The position numbers and the translations under genes are program-made. Below are positions 47,008 through 55,530 of a stretch of DNA of 64,000 nt, piece by piece (position 1 is the first letter of the stretch; each line of letters starts with the position of its first letter). Source of the DNA: Candidatus Thorarchaeota archaeon (lineage in GTDB: Archaea; Asgardarchaeota; Thorarchaeia; Thorarchaeales; Thorarchaeaceae); assembly GCA_029855935.1 (NCBI GenBank), contig JAGSHN010000012.1, forward strand, positions 32,001-96,000, written 5' to 3'. The notes under the pieces were generated by a model, which ran no database searches, was not told the DNA's origin, and saw only the letters and a list, made by a program, of their open reading frames with translations.

Positions 47008-48066
47008 CTACCTCTGGATGAGCCCGTATCCGTAGGCTGGGTCCCATCCGGACGGGCCAAGATCCAGTGCGGTGCTGTGGAGATATCCACGAATCGTGTT
47101 GGTTCCCGTGTCGTCAAAGGTGCCGACGGGCATCTTCCCGTTTATGGCAATGATAAGGGCCACGAGTCCGGCCACGTGGGGGCAGGCCATCGATGTGCCC
47201 GAGAGGGTATCATAGCCGCCACCCTTGTAGGTGCTGTAGATTCCGACACCTGGGGCCGTGACCTCGACGTACGACCCGGTGTTCGAGAACGACGCCACCG
47301 CGTCATCCTTGTTGGTTGCACCAACAGCAATGACCTCTGCGTACGCGGCCGGGTAGGAGATCTCCTCGGTGGAGGGGTCTCCGTCACCCTCATTGCCTGC
47401 TGCAGCGACGAGTACAATACCCATGTTGTAGGCATGGATGATCGCGTCGTGGACCTCTGTGGGCGCGGATGAGGCTCCCAGGCTCATGCTGATGACATCG
47501 GCATCATCAGCTGTGCCCTCGATGCCATCAGGACCCTGACAGGCAAGGTAGATTCCTGTCACAAGGTCGCTCCAGTCACCTCTGCCTCCGTTGCCGAGGA
47601 CCTTGATAGCGTATATCTCGACGTTGGCGTACATTCCCACGACGCCATTGCCATCGCGAACAGCTCCAATGGTACCTGCGACGTGAGTGCCGTGTCCGTT
47701 CTTGTCATCGGCGCTTCTGCCACCAGTCGCATCGACGGTCCACTTGATGTTTGAGACAAGATCCGGATGGTCAAGGTCTATCCCAGTGTCGAGGATAGCG
47801 ACTTGGACCTTCGTTGTGGGCTGGTCTCCGTCATAGTTCCCATTGAACACTCTCTCGATGCCCCACGGCGTCTCGGGGTCGTTGTCTTGCCACGGGTATG
47901 TTGTTTCGTCGCCTCCACCCGGCCCCGCCCAGGGCGGTGGTCCGACTAGGGCGACGAACCCTTTGTGCTTCGGAGTCACTGCAAACGCTGCCACCGGGAA
48001 GGTGGACACAGCGAAGAGAAGCAGGATCAATCCGGCGAGGGTCTTAGTCTTCACTTTCTCTCTCAC
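47008..48066 (-). CDS. Secreted S8 subtilisin-like serine protease with a very short pro-region
   Basis: Signal peptide; catalytic triad ILDTGID, NGHGTHVAG, GTSMACPHVAG; oxyanion AAAGN. Confidence 0.95.
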   Translation of the reverse strand: MREKVKTKTLAGLILLLFAVSTFPVAAFAVTPKHKGFVALVGPPPWAGPGGGDETTYPWQDNDPETPWGIERVFNGNYDGDQPTTKVQVAILDTGIDLDHPDLVSNIKWTVDATGGRSADDKNGHGTHVAGTIGAVRDGNGVVGMYANVEIYAIKVLGNGGRGDWSDLVTGIYLACQGPDGIEGTADDADVISMSLGASSAPTEVHDAIIHAYNMGIVLVAAAGNEGDGDPSTEEISYPAAYAEVIAVGATNKDDAVASFSNTGSYVEVTAPGVGIYSTYKGGGYDTLSGTSMACPHVAGLVALIIAINGKMPVGTFDDTGTNTIRGYLHSTALDLGPSGWDPAYGYGLIQR

Positions 48067-48133
48067 CTGTCAAAGGAGTCTGTCCGTCATTCGGCTGACA
48101 GACTGCTCTCCAAGTGCCCTGCCACCTAATAAA

Positions 48134-48186
48134 TATTGGGTGAATTCTATAACCTACTTGGTGTAGAGTATATATTTCACCCAATA
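48134..48186. promoter_or_regulatory. 11-bp inverted repeat TATTGGGTGAA-N31-TTCACCCAATA in the divergent protease/module promoter
   Basis: Exact reverse-complement arms at 48134-48144 and 48176-48186, adjacent to AT-rich TATA-like elements. Confidence 0.65.
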
Positions 48187-48301
48187 GTCTGGGATACGTT
48201 CGTCGCAACACTCTGATAGAGTTCCATCATCCCATCTCTCAGCGGGTCAAGTCTTAACTCATAGGCTCACAGAGTTTATATAGAATGTCGTCAGACCGTC
48301 C

Positions 48302-48796
48302 GTGATGGTCATGGCCCGGCGTAATCTCATCTCCATTCTTCTCCTCTCCGTCCTGATCATAGCCGCATCATCGACTGTTGCCTATGCCTCAAGTGTCACA
48401 GTCCGGAGCAGTAATAGACAGGTCTCTGTCACGCTCTCAATTGTGGAGGCATTCTATACGGATGCGGACGGGGACGGATACGAGGACGACGTTGTCGGTT
48501 ATTTCGACATCTTTCTGGGCGGCCGACAGCGCTACACAATGGACATCTCTCCGGCATTGACTCTGCCCTCTGGAGAGTCCTACACCTACCTCTACACGGT
48601 CAACACCCGTCTGTCGACACTACACTGTACGATGTACTTCTACGACCACGCGCTGGAGAGCGGAAACTACACATTCAGTGTTGATATCGTGCTGTATACG
48701 GGTGGTGTTGCTGCAGGGCAGACCCACTACTCCTTCGACCCACCGGGCGGATCTGGCGATGCAGATCCGTGCGGCTTCCTTGTCGTGAGCGCCTGA
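48302..48796 (+). CDS. Small secreted protein (module copy 2) with DxDGD motif and FDPPGG C-terminus
   Basis: Signal peptide RRNLISILLLSVLIIAASSTVAYA; FYTDADGDGYEDD, LPSGESYT, ESGNYT, FDPPGG. Confidence 0.8.
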   Translation: MMVMARRNLISILLLSVLIIAASSTVAYASSVTVRSSNRQVSVTLSIVEAFYTDADGDGYEDDVVGYFDIFLGGRQRYTMDISPALTLPSGESYTYLYTVNTRLSTLHCTMYFYDHALESGNYTFSVDIVLYTGGVAAGQTHYSFDPPGGSGDADPCGFLVVSA

Positions 48797-48883
48797 CACT
48801 CCTCCTCGTGACGCGAGTCAGCTCGGTCCGTGGAATGCCGCAGTCCTGAGGGCTTTGGGGGGCCAAGACGGGGTGAAACAACA

Positions 48884-49993
48884 ATGCCACTATCACAGCT
48901 TGACCTAAAGATACTGCATCTAATCGAACTGAGGCCCACAATCTCAGTTCAGGAACTGGCAAAGATGACCGGTGTGAGCTGGATCACAGCCAATCGTCAC
49001 ATCAAGAAGCTGAGAGAGGACCGTGTTCTGTCAGACCCTGTCGCAGTGTTCAATCCCGACCGACTGGGCCTCGAACGTCACGTTGTTTTTCTAGAGGCGA
49101 CAGGAGAGTCTGGTCTGCAGGCGCTTGAGATTGCATGCGATGTCCATCCCTATACTCACTACAGGTCACGGGTGTACGGCCCGTATCCCGGGCTCTTTGT
49201 CCAGTTTGACATTCCTCCCGTAGGTGCCACCCTACTGCAGGAGTTTCTCGACGAGCTGGCAGGAATGGGGCACGGTCAGGTCCGTGTCTCTCGTAGGAGT
49301 TCGGGTTTCAGGGCGTCGACCATCCCGAGCCTCACACTGTTCGACCCCAAGACGATGACGTGGCACTATGACTGGACTAAGTGGACCGAGCAGATAGGGC
49401 GCCTATCCCCGAGGCTCGAGCGCCCTGGGGTCTCTCGTGGTGCGGATCAACGCCTCAACCTCACTGAGGCCGACCTTGGAATCTTGCGCGAGCTCACCTC
49501 GAACGCCAATCTCAATCAGGCGATTCTCCAGAAGATGTTCTCCCTATCACAGAGCACGGTGAGTAGAAAGGTCATCTCCATCCGCGAGCGGTTCATCGAG
49601 TCCGTCCGTGCTCAGATTGACCGGTCCCGGTTCGACATCACGTCCACCAAGATGTTCTACAGCGAGAACGTCGACGATGCCACCCGAGCCCGGCTCTTCA
49701 ATGCATTCTCTCTTGACACTGCCCCGCCGTTCCCGATGTCCATCGACCTGCTCGATGATGGCGGTGTCCTGTTGTGGGGGCGGATGCCACCCTCTCACGA
49801 GCACAATCTGTTCTACGCGCTGTGGCGGTACCTGCATAACCTTCAGGTGTTCACGATGGACACAGTCCGCGACCACAGCCGCCTCTACTGGTTCTACCCG
49901 GCGAACTACGATGTCGAGTCCCAACAATGGAGATGCGACCGCACGTGGATGGTGGAGCAGCCCCTTGATGACCTGCGCAAGGCCCTGAAATAG
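48884..49993 (+). CDS. Tandem Lrp/AsnC-like regulator (module copy 2)
   Basis: SD GGGGTGA; LSQLDLKIL...ELAKMTGVSWITANRHIKKL; second HTH LTEADLGILRELTSNA...LSQSTVSRK. Confidence 0.85.
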   Translation: MPLSQLDLKILHLIELRPTISVQELAKMTGVSWITANRHIKKLREDRVLSDPVAVFNPDRLGLERHVVFLEATGESGLQALEIACDVHPYTHYRSRVYGPYPGLFVQFDIPPVGATLLQEFLDELAGMGHGQVRVSRRSSGFRASTIPSLTLFDPKTMTWHYDWTKWTEQIGRLSPRLERPGVSRGADQRLNLTEADLGILRELTSNANLNQAILQKMFSLSQSTVSRKVISIRERFIESVRAQIDRSRFDITSTKMFYSENVDDATRARLFNAFSLDTAPPFPMSIDLLDDGGVLLWGRMPPSHEHNLFYALWRYLHNLQVFTMDTVRDHSRLYWFYPANYDVESQQWRCDRTWMVEQPLDDLRKALK

Positions 49994-50041
49994 GCATTCT
50001 CCGGTCCCTGTCTAAAGTATCATGACCGGACGGTGCCGAAG

Positions 50042-50074
50042 AAAAAGCGGGGTGGGGGCACGGAGGGCCCCCAA
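50042..50074 (-). terminator. Terminator downstream of dps
   Basis: Minus strand reads GGGGGCCCTCCGTGCCCCC...GCTTTTT. Confidence 0.55.
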
Positions 50075-50114
50075 TTCCTAGGATGTGTCCCTGTGCGGGA
50101 CAACTGGTGTCAGC

Positions 50115-50666
50115 CTACCTCAGGAACTTGCTGACGAATGGCGAGGTCTCGCCGCGACGCATGAAGTGGCCCGACGGTCCCTCCCCGAGGAACTCTGAGA
50201 ACCACGACTCATGCTCAATCTCCTCGTGCAGGATGGCCACCACGAGCTCGTACGTCCTATGATCCTTTCCCGCCGTCATCTTTGCAAGCTGAGTGTAGCC
50301 CCTGACAGCACATCTCTCCGCCTCGACAAGGACCTTCAGAATCTCTCTGACATCCGTCGGGTCCTCGGGGAGCAGGGCGGGTGGGCAGGCGGACATGTCG
50401 TGGAACTCCTTCATGTCCTGTGGGAGCTCGCCTCCAAGCTCGTATATCCGTGGTACCAGTGCCTCGAAGTGATTTCTGTCCTCGACTCTCGCGACCTCTG
50501 CTATCTCCTTGAGTCCCTCTCCCTCAAGTCCTATGAGGTGGACTCTGAGAATTGTGTAGTAGTAGTACGTCGTCAGCTCGGCTGAGGCATTCTTGATCAA
50601 CAGCCTGAGGAGCTTGTCCAGGTCGACCCCGGCATTCTCCACCATCTCTCTTGCTACTCGCGCCAT
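50115..50666 (-). CDS. dps: DPS-like (DPSL / thioferritin) ferritin-superfamily protein
   Basis: AELTTYYYYTILR, EDRNHFE, SACP...AERCAV Cys pair, EEIEHE..F.E.L...PSGHF. Confidence 0.92.
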   Translation of the reverse strand: MARVAREMVENAGVDLDKLLRLLIKNASAELTTYYYYTILRVHLIGLEGEGLKEIAEVARVEDRNHFEALVPRIYELGGELPQDMKEFHDMSACPPALLPEDPTDVREILKVLVEAERCAVRGYTQLAKMTAGKDHRTYELVVAILHEEIEHESWFSEFLGEGPSGHFMRRGETSPFVSKFLR

Positions 50667-50753
50667 TCTATCACCTTACTTCTATCTCGAAGTAACTTCT
50701 ATATAATAGTTTCTACACATATCCTTATATTCAGCCGGTTCCAGTCCTCTGCT

Positions 50754-51158
50754 GTGATCGCCCAACTCAAGAGACATGGACTACGGCTCACGCCGCAGAG
50801 AATGGCCATACTACGCACGCTAGAGGAGATAGGTCATCATCATCCCTCCTTCTCCCAAGTCTGTTCCGCGGTTCAGAGCGACCATCCCAACATCAGTCAG
50901 TCGACCATACTGAAGAACCTCGAGGCCTTTGAGAGGATTGGCATCCTACGCAGCTTTCACTATCGTGGTGAGACCCGATACGAGCTCAACCCTGCGCCGC
51001 ACGTCAATCTGATTCGTGAGGACGGTGCAATAGTCGATATCGAAGATGATGCCATCAGGGGCCTGCTTGTCAAACTCCAGAGGGCTGTGGCAGAGAGAGT
51101 CGGCGCCGACGTGGATCGCATCCTCATAATCGCTGAGACTGAGCAGAACAGAGGCTGA
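50754..51158 (+). CDS. Fur/PerR-family regulator, divergent from dps
   Basis: LKRHGLRLTPQRMAIL, HPS, ISQSTILKNL, RYELN..PHVN; lacks CxxC motifs. Confidence 0.85.
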   Translation: MIAQLKRHGLRLTPQRMAILRTLEEIGHHHPSFSQVCSAVQSDHPNISQSTILKNLEAFERIGILRSFHYRGETRYELNPAPHVNLIREDGAIVDIEDDAIRGLLVKLQRAVAERVGADVDRILIIAETEQNRG

Positions 51159-51236
51159 GTGCGGTGTCGCGTGGACTTCCCAATCCTTAAGTGGTTTCAC
51201 GATAATATGTTCTGTTGACTATTGAGGTGAAACTTA

Positions 51237-51482
51237 GTGCAGGTGAGAAAGAGGGACGGTTCTCTCGAGGCATTTATGCCTGAGAAGATCGTCGTCAGTG
51301 CTGTGAAGGCGGGCGCACCCTACGAGGTCGCCCGTGAGATTGCGAGTTCCTTCAAGGCGTCATCGGATGTCGTTGACACGCCCAGCATCCGCGAGTACGT
51401 CCTCAGCGAGCTCAAGTCACGTGGTCACACGTCTGTTGTCAGTAGCTGGGAGAGCTATGACAAGGAGAAGCGCAAATCATAG
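51237..51482 (+). CDS. Stand-alone ATP-cone domain protein
   Basis: MQVRKRDGSLEAFMPEKI; SD GAGGTGA. Confidence 0.85.
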   Translation: MQVRKRDGSLEAFMPEKIVVSAVKAGAPYEVAREIASSFKASSDVVDTPSIREYVLSELKSRGHTSVVSSWESYDKEKRKS

Positions 51483-51809
51483 ACATCGGATACACTGATC
51501 GCAAACGATAACCATAGAGTGCATAGTAACCGGGCACCACAGAGAGAGGCGAGCGGACTAGATGCCGTGCGCCTCTCGACTATTGCTTTTCTACTGTTTC
51601 TCGTTCGTACTGTTTGCCTGCAGGGAGCAGTTTCACTATCGTATACGTGACGCTCTTGTCTGCCCGGCTCAGATCTGTTCTCTGTGATGATACATTCTCG
51701 CGAGGGCGGGCTCTGTCAGCCTGCTACTGCGTTACTGTTCGCAGGAAACACCTTGCAAGCCTCGTGCGAAGGAGGACCAGACTGTTGCCAACGGCCCGAC
51801 CGTTCATTC

Positions 51810-52427
51810 TTACTCTCGGAGGCAACTCGCCCCCGCCTTGAGTCCAAGCTCGAAGGCACGAGAGTTGGCGTCACGTGTCTTTGGCGGCACAAGTGCTAGG
51901 ACAGCCTCGCGGACCTTTTCCACGGGGATTGGAAAGTCCTCACAGGCACAGGCTGCACCCACAAGAACGGAGTTCTCAGTCCTCGGATTGCCAGCCTTCA
52001 TCGCCAGCCCGAGTGAGTCAAGCACCACCACCCTGCTCGTCACGGTCCTGACCCGCTCCTCTATCATCTCCAGCGTGACGTAGTTCCTCTCCTTATCGGC
52101 AATCAGCTCTGCTGTCTCGATGGGTGAGGGCATCACTCTGTTACTCATGATGACGACGCCATCATCTCTCAGGTATTCGATGTATCTGAGGGCCTCCGTC
52201 GCCTCCATTGCAATCATCATATCGGCCGTGCCGTACGGAATGATTGGGGAGATGGGCTCTCCAACTCTAAAGTGGACATAGATTGAGCCACTGCGCTGGG
52301 ACAGACCGTGCTGCTCTCCTGTCATTACCTCGAGGCCAGCGTCGACTGCCGCCTTACCCAAGATGGATGAGAGGAGCATCAGGCCTTGGCCACCCACCCC
52401 GGTGAAGATTATATTGTACGTCTTCAT
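51810..52427 (-). CDS. iorB: Indolepyruvate:ferredoxin oxidoreductase beta subunit
   Basis: GVGGQG, EQHGLSQRSGS, EALRY, N.VLVG. Confidence 0.92.
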   Translation of the reverse strand: MKTYNIIFTGVGGQGLMLLSSILGKAAVDAGLEVMTGEQHGLSQRSGSIYVHFRVGEPISPIIPYGTADMMIAMEATEALRYIEYLRDDGVVIMSNRVMPSPIETAELIADKERNYVTLEMIEERVRTVTSRVVVLDSLGLAMKAGNPRTENSVLVGAACACEDFPIPVEKVREAVLALVPPKTRDANSRAFELGLKAGASCLRE

Positions 52428-54328
52428 TGCCTCACCTCCATCCTCCGCGGAGCATCAACAGGACAGACCTGTCGGCACTCAAGGCATCCATCGCACAGGT
52501 CCTGCTGGATGACCATCTTGCGGTCGCTCTCATCGATGACTATGGCCGGGCAGTAGAACTCCCTGATGCAGGCGTAGATGTTCCTGCATACCTCCTTGTC
52601 ATTGACACTCGGTACGATCTTCTCGCCACGCTTCTTCTTCTCGCGGTCACCGTAGAGTGCGCACTCGCGTCTTGAGATGATGACATTGAACCCCGGTCTC
52701 TGTATGGCCTCCATTATTGGCTTGACGCACTCGCGTGTCTCGTACGGGTCGATGATGGTGACAGAGTCTGCTCCAAGGGCCTCGAAGAATCTCTCCATGT
52801 TGATCTTTCTCGCTGGCGTGTGACCTGCGTCGTAGGTGCTGTTGGGGTTCGGTTGCTGACCAGTCATTGCGGTGACAGAGTTGTCGAGGACGAATAGTGT
52901 GACGTTCGAGTTATGATGAATCAGGTTGACGATTCCGGGCAGGGCGGCGTGATAGAGCGTCGAGTCGCCGACCATTGCAATGACCTTGTCCTCAAGAGCC
53001 ATCTCCATACCTGCGGAGAGGCCCACAGACGCACCCATAGCGAGCATCGAGTCGCTGAAGTTGTTCGGAGGCAGGAACGCCATCGAGTAGCAACCTATGT
53101 CGTTGTTGAAGACGATCTTGTCCCTTATCTTGAGTCTGGTGAGCGCCTGCCGGAATGCCCACAGAGTGCCTCTGTGCGGACAGCCGGGACAGAAGATTGG
53201 CGCCCTATCCGGAAGGACACCCTCCTTTGCTCTCTTGGCCCTCTCGAGAACGGCATCGTAGTCCACGCTGGTTTCCCGACCGAGCACACCCGCAAGGACA
53301 CGTTCGACAATTGGAACATTGTACTCCAGCATCTCAGGGAAGTGTCCGCTCCGCTTTCCAATGATGCGGACCGATGGGTTCGCGTCCTTTGCCAGTGCCG
53401 TGATGCGTGTCTCGAGAAACGGTGAGAGCTCCTCGACCACAATGACGGTGCTCACTCGTTTCAGGAAGTCTGCAATCTTCCTCTCGGGTAGCGGATAGAG
53501 TGTCCCGATCTTCAGCACTGGGAGGCTCACACCGAGGTTCCGCATTGCCTCTTTGACGTGGAGATAACAGACGCCGGCTGTTATTATGCCGACGTCGCCC
53601 TCGCCCTCATCGACCCGGTTGAACTCCGACTCCTCGAACTCCTCACGTATCCTCTTCACCTTCTCAAGGAGCCTGGCCTTCAGCTCGCGTGCGACTGCTC
53701 CGACGGTGAAGTAGCTGTCACGGACATCAGCCCATCTCTTCCTCTTGAACGGTGTGCGTTTCAGGTCGCCCAGGCGCACCATCCCCCGCTGATGATTGAC
53801 CCGTGTTGTGGTCCTCACGATGACGAGGGTTCTGTACCTCTCGGAGACCTCGAAGGCCCACTTGACCATGTCGTAGGCCTCCTGTGCGGTCGACGGTTCG
53901 ATCATAGGGACGTAGGCGGCCTCACCGAAGTATCTCCCGTCCTGCTCAGACTGTGATGAGTGTGCGTGCGGGTCGTCCGCGATCAGGCACACACAACCCG
54001 CTCTGAGTCCTGTGTACGCCATACTGAGCATAGAGTCGCTGGCGACGTTCATACCCACACTCTTCATCGAGGTGAACGACCTCATTCCCGCCATTGATGC
54101 GCCGGCCACGGTCTCGAGTGCAACCTTCTCGTTGATGGCCACATGCATCCTGAAGTCACCGAAGTGCGTCAGCACCTCGCTGAATGTATCCAGTATCTCT
54201 GAGGTGGGACTGCCCGGATACGCTGCGACAACCTTGACATCGGCCTCAAGCGCTGCTCGTACGACTGCCTCGTTCGTCAGCATCAGCGCTGGGCCGTGAT
54301 CCTCTCTCTTGACATCCTCCACTGTCAT
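52424..54328 (-). CDS. iorA: Indolepyruvate:ferredoxin oxidoreductase alpha subunit
   Basis: YPGSPTSEI, NEKVALE, SSQSEQD, FCPGCPHR, DIGCY, GDST...DNSVTAMTG, C-terminal Fe-S. Confidence 0.95.
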   Translation of the reverse strand: MTVEDVKREDHGPALMLTNEAVVRAALEADVKVVAAYPGSPTSEILDTFSEVLTHFGDFRMHVAINEKVALETVAGASMAGMRSFTSMKSVGMNVASDSMLSMAYTGLRAGCVCLIADDPHAHSSQSEQDGRYFGEAAYVPMIEPSTAQEAYDMVKWAFEVSERYRTLVIVRTTTRVNHQRGMVRLGDLKRTPFKRKRWADVRDSYFTVGAVARELKARLLEKVKRIREEFEESEFNRVDEGEGDVGIITAGVCYLHVKEAMRNLGVSLPVLKIGTLYPLPERKIADFLKRVSTVIVVEELSPFLETRITALAKDANPSVRIIGKRSGHFPEMLEYNVPIVERVLAGVLGRETSVDYDAVLERAKRAKEGVLPDRAPIFCPGCPHRGTLWAFRQALTRLKIRDKIVFNNDIGCYSMAFLPPNNFSDSMLAMGASVGLSAGMEMALEDKVIAMVGDSTLYHAALPGIVNLIHHNSNVTLFVLDNSVTAMTGQQPNPNSTYDAGHTPARKINMERFFEALGADSVTIIDPYETRECVKPIMEAIQRPGFNVIISRRECALYGDREKKKRGEKIVPSVNDKEVCRNIYACIREFYCPAIVIDESDRKMVIQQDLCDGCLECRQVCPVDAPRRMEVRQ

Positions 54329-54560
54329 CCTTCTGCCGCCTCTGAGGTTGGTCGGTCTAGATTCCCCCGCCACAGATTAAGTATTGTGATGTACACACGC
54401 TAGGTGAAACGGCAGAAGCAGGTAGGTGCCCGTAGTTCCTAAAGGCGAACAGCACGAGAGTTACGACCCGACAAAGGTTGGAGAATCAGACATAGTGTGC
54501 CCAGGGGCGTGCTATCCTGTTCTGAGAGAGATATAATGCTTTATTAGCACTAGCAGGTAC

Positions 54561-55388
54561 ATGGTTCTCCACATAGTTTCTGACATTGGTGGTGATGAGG
54601 TGAGGGTTAAAGGAGGTCGGTTGAAGAAGAACATCGAGATAGATGCCGGAGAGTGGGAATATGTTGAGATTCCGTGTAGGAGTGGCAGCACAATATACAT
54701 TGATGCCTATGAACTGGATGGAGAAACATTCAACGTGTACATTGTTCCTTCAGATGATGTCAAGCGTGCACCCATTCTTGGGACTGTGACGGAATTCGAT
54801 GAAACAAAGGCGCTCTGGTCTAAGGAAAAGGTACCAGAGATTAAGAAGAAGTACGTAGCAAAGGAACGGGATACACTTTACGTCTTTTTTGATAACTACC
54901 ATGCCAAGTCTAGGTACAAATCAATTGACATCGACATCCGAGTTGAGCATCCGCCGCTATCGGTGGGTGACGAACCGTTACGAGAGAGTATCGACATCGA
55001 TCCTGGCTATCTAGAAACGATTGAAATAGATGCCAAACAGGGTGACGTAATAAGAGTCTTTGGTCGCGTCACAAAAGGCAAAGACATCACAATCCACGTC
55101 CTGAGCAAGATCTACGAAACCCCTGACTACGTCCACATCGGCAAGTCGTACTATACAGCCGAGAAGATTGATGAGATTGACATAGACTATCAGTGTCGTA
55201 AAACCGAACCTCTCCTTGTGGTTCTAGACAATACATATTCTCGTCGAACAATGAAGACGGTTGATGTGTCAATTGTTGTCATACGGGGTGGCGAATCTGG
55301 AGCCGGTGAATGGGTTATCTGTCCTTTCTGCCAGCAGAAGAACCCTCTTGGCTCTACCGAATGCAGTAACTGCGGGGCGAGGCTATAG
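54561..55388 (+). CDS. Cytosolic tandem GOLD-like domain protein with C-terminal zinc ribbon
   Basis: Two internal repeats ending FFDNYHAKSRYKSIDIDI and VLDNTYSRRTMKTVDVSI; W..CPFC...N......CSNCG. Confidence 0.65.
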   Translation: MVLHIVSDIGGDEVRVKGGRLKKNIEIDAGEWEYVEIPCRSGSTIYIDAYELDGETFNVYIVPSDDVKRAPILGTVTEFDETKALWSKEKVPEIKKKYVAKERDTLYVFFDNYHAKSRYKSIDIDIRVEHPPLSVGDEPLRESIDIDPGYLETIEIDAKQGDVIRVFGRVTKGKDITIHVLSKIYETPDYVHIGKSYYTAEKIDEIDIDYQCRKTEPLLVVLDNTYSRRTMKTVDVSIVVIRGGESGAGEWVICPFCQQKNPLGSTECSNCGARL

Positions 55389-55530
55389 GCCGACTTGCAG
55401 CTTTGATCTGCACAGAACGGTTCTCCGTACGAACCTTGACACAAGAGAAGATGGCTGCCCACTGGGGCCGCCTTTGTCCTTCTGCGGTTCAAAAAGGAGC
55501 TGAGAGGACCGAAGTCCTCTCTCAGTGCGT

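Noticed and set aside
51684-51750. GTGATGA, a possible C box of a C/D sRNA
   Set aside because: No D box (CTGA) at a suitable distance downstream.
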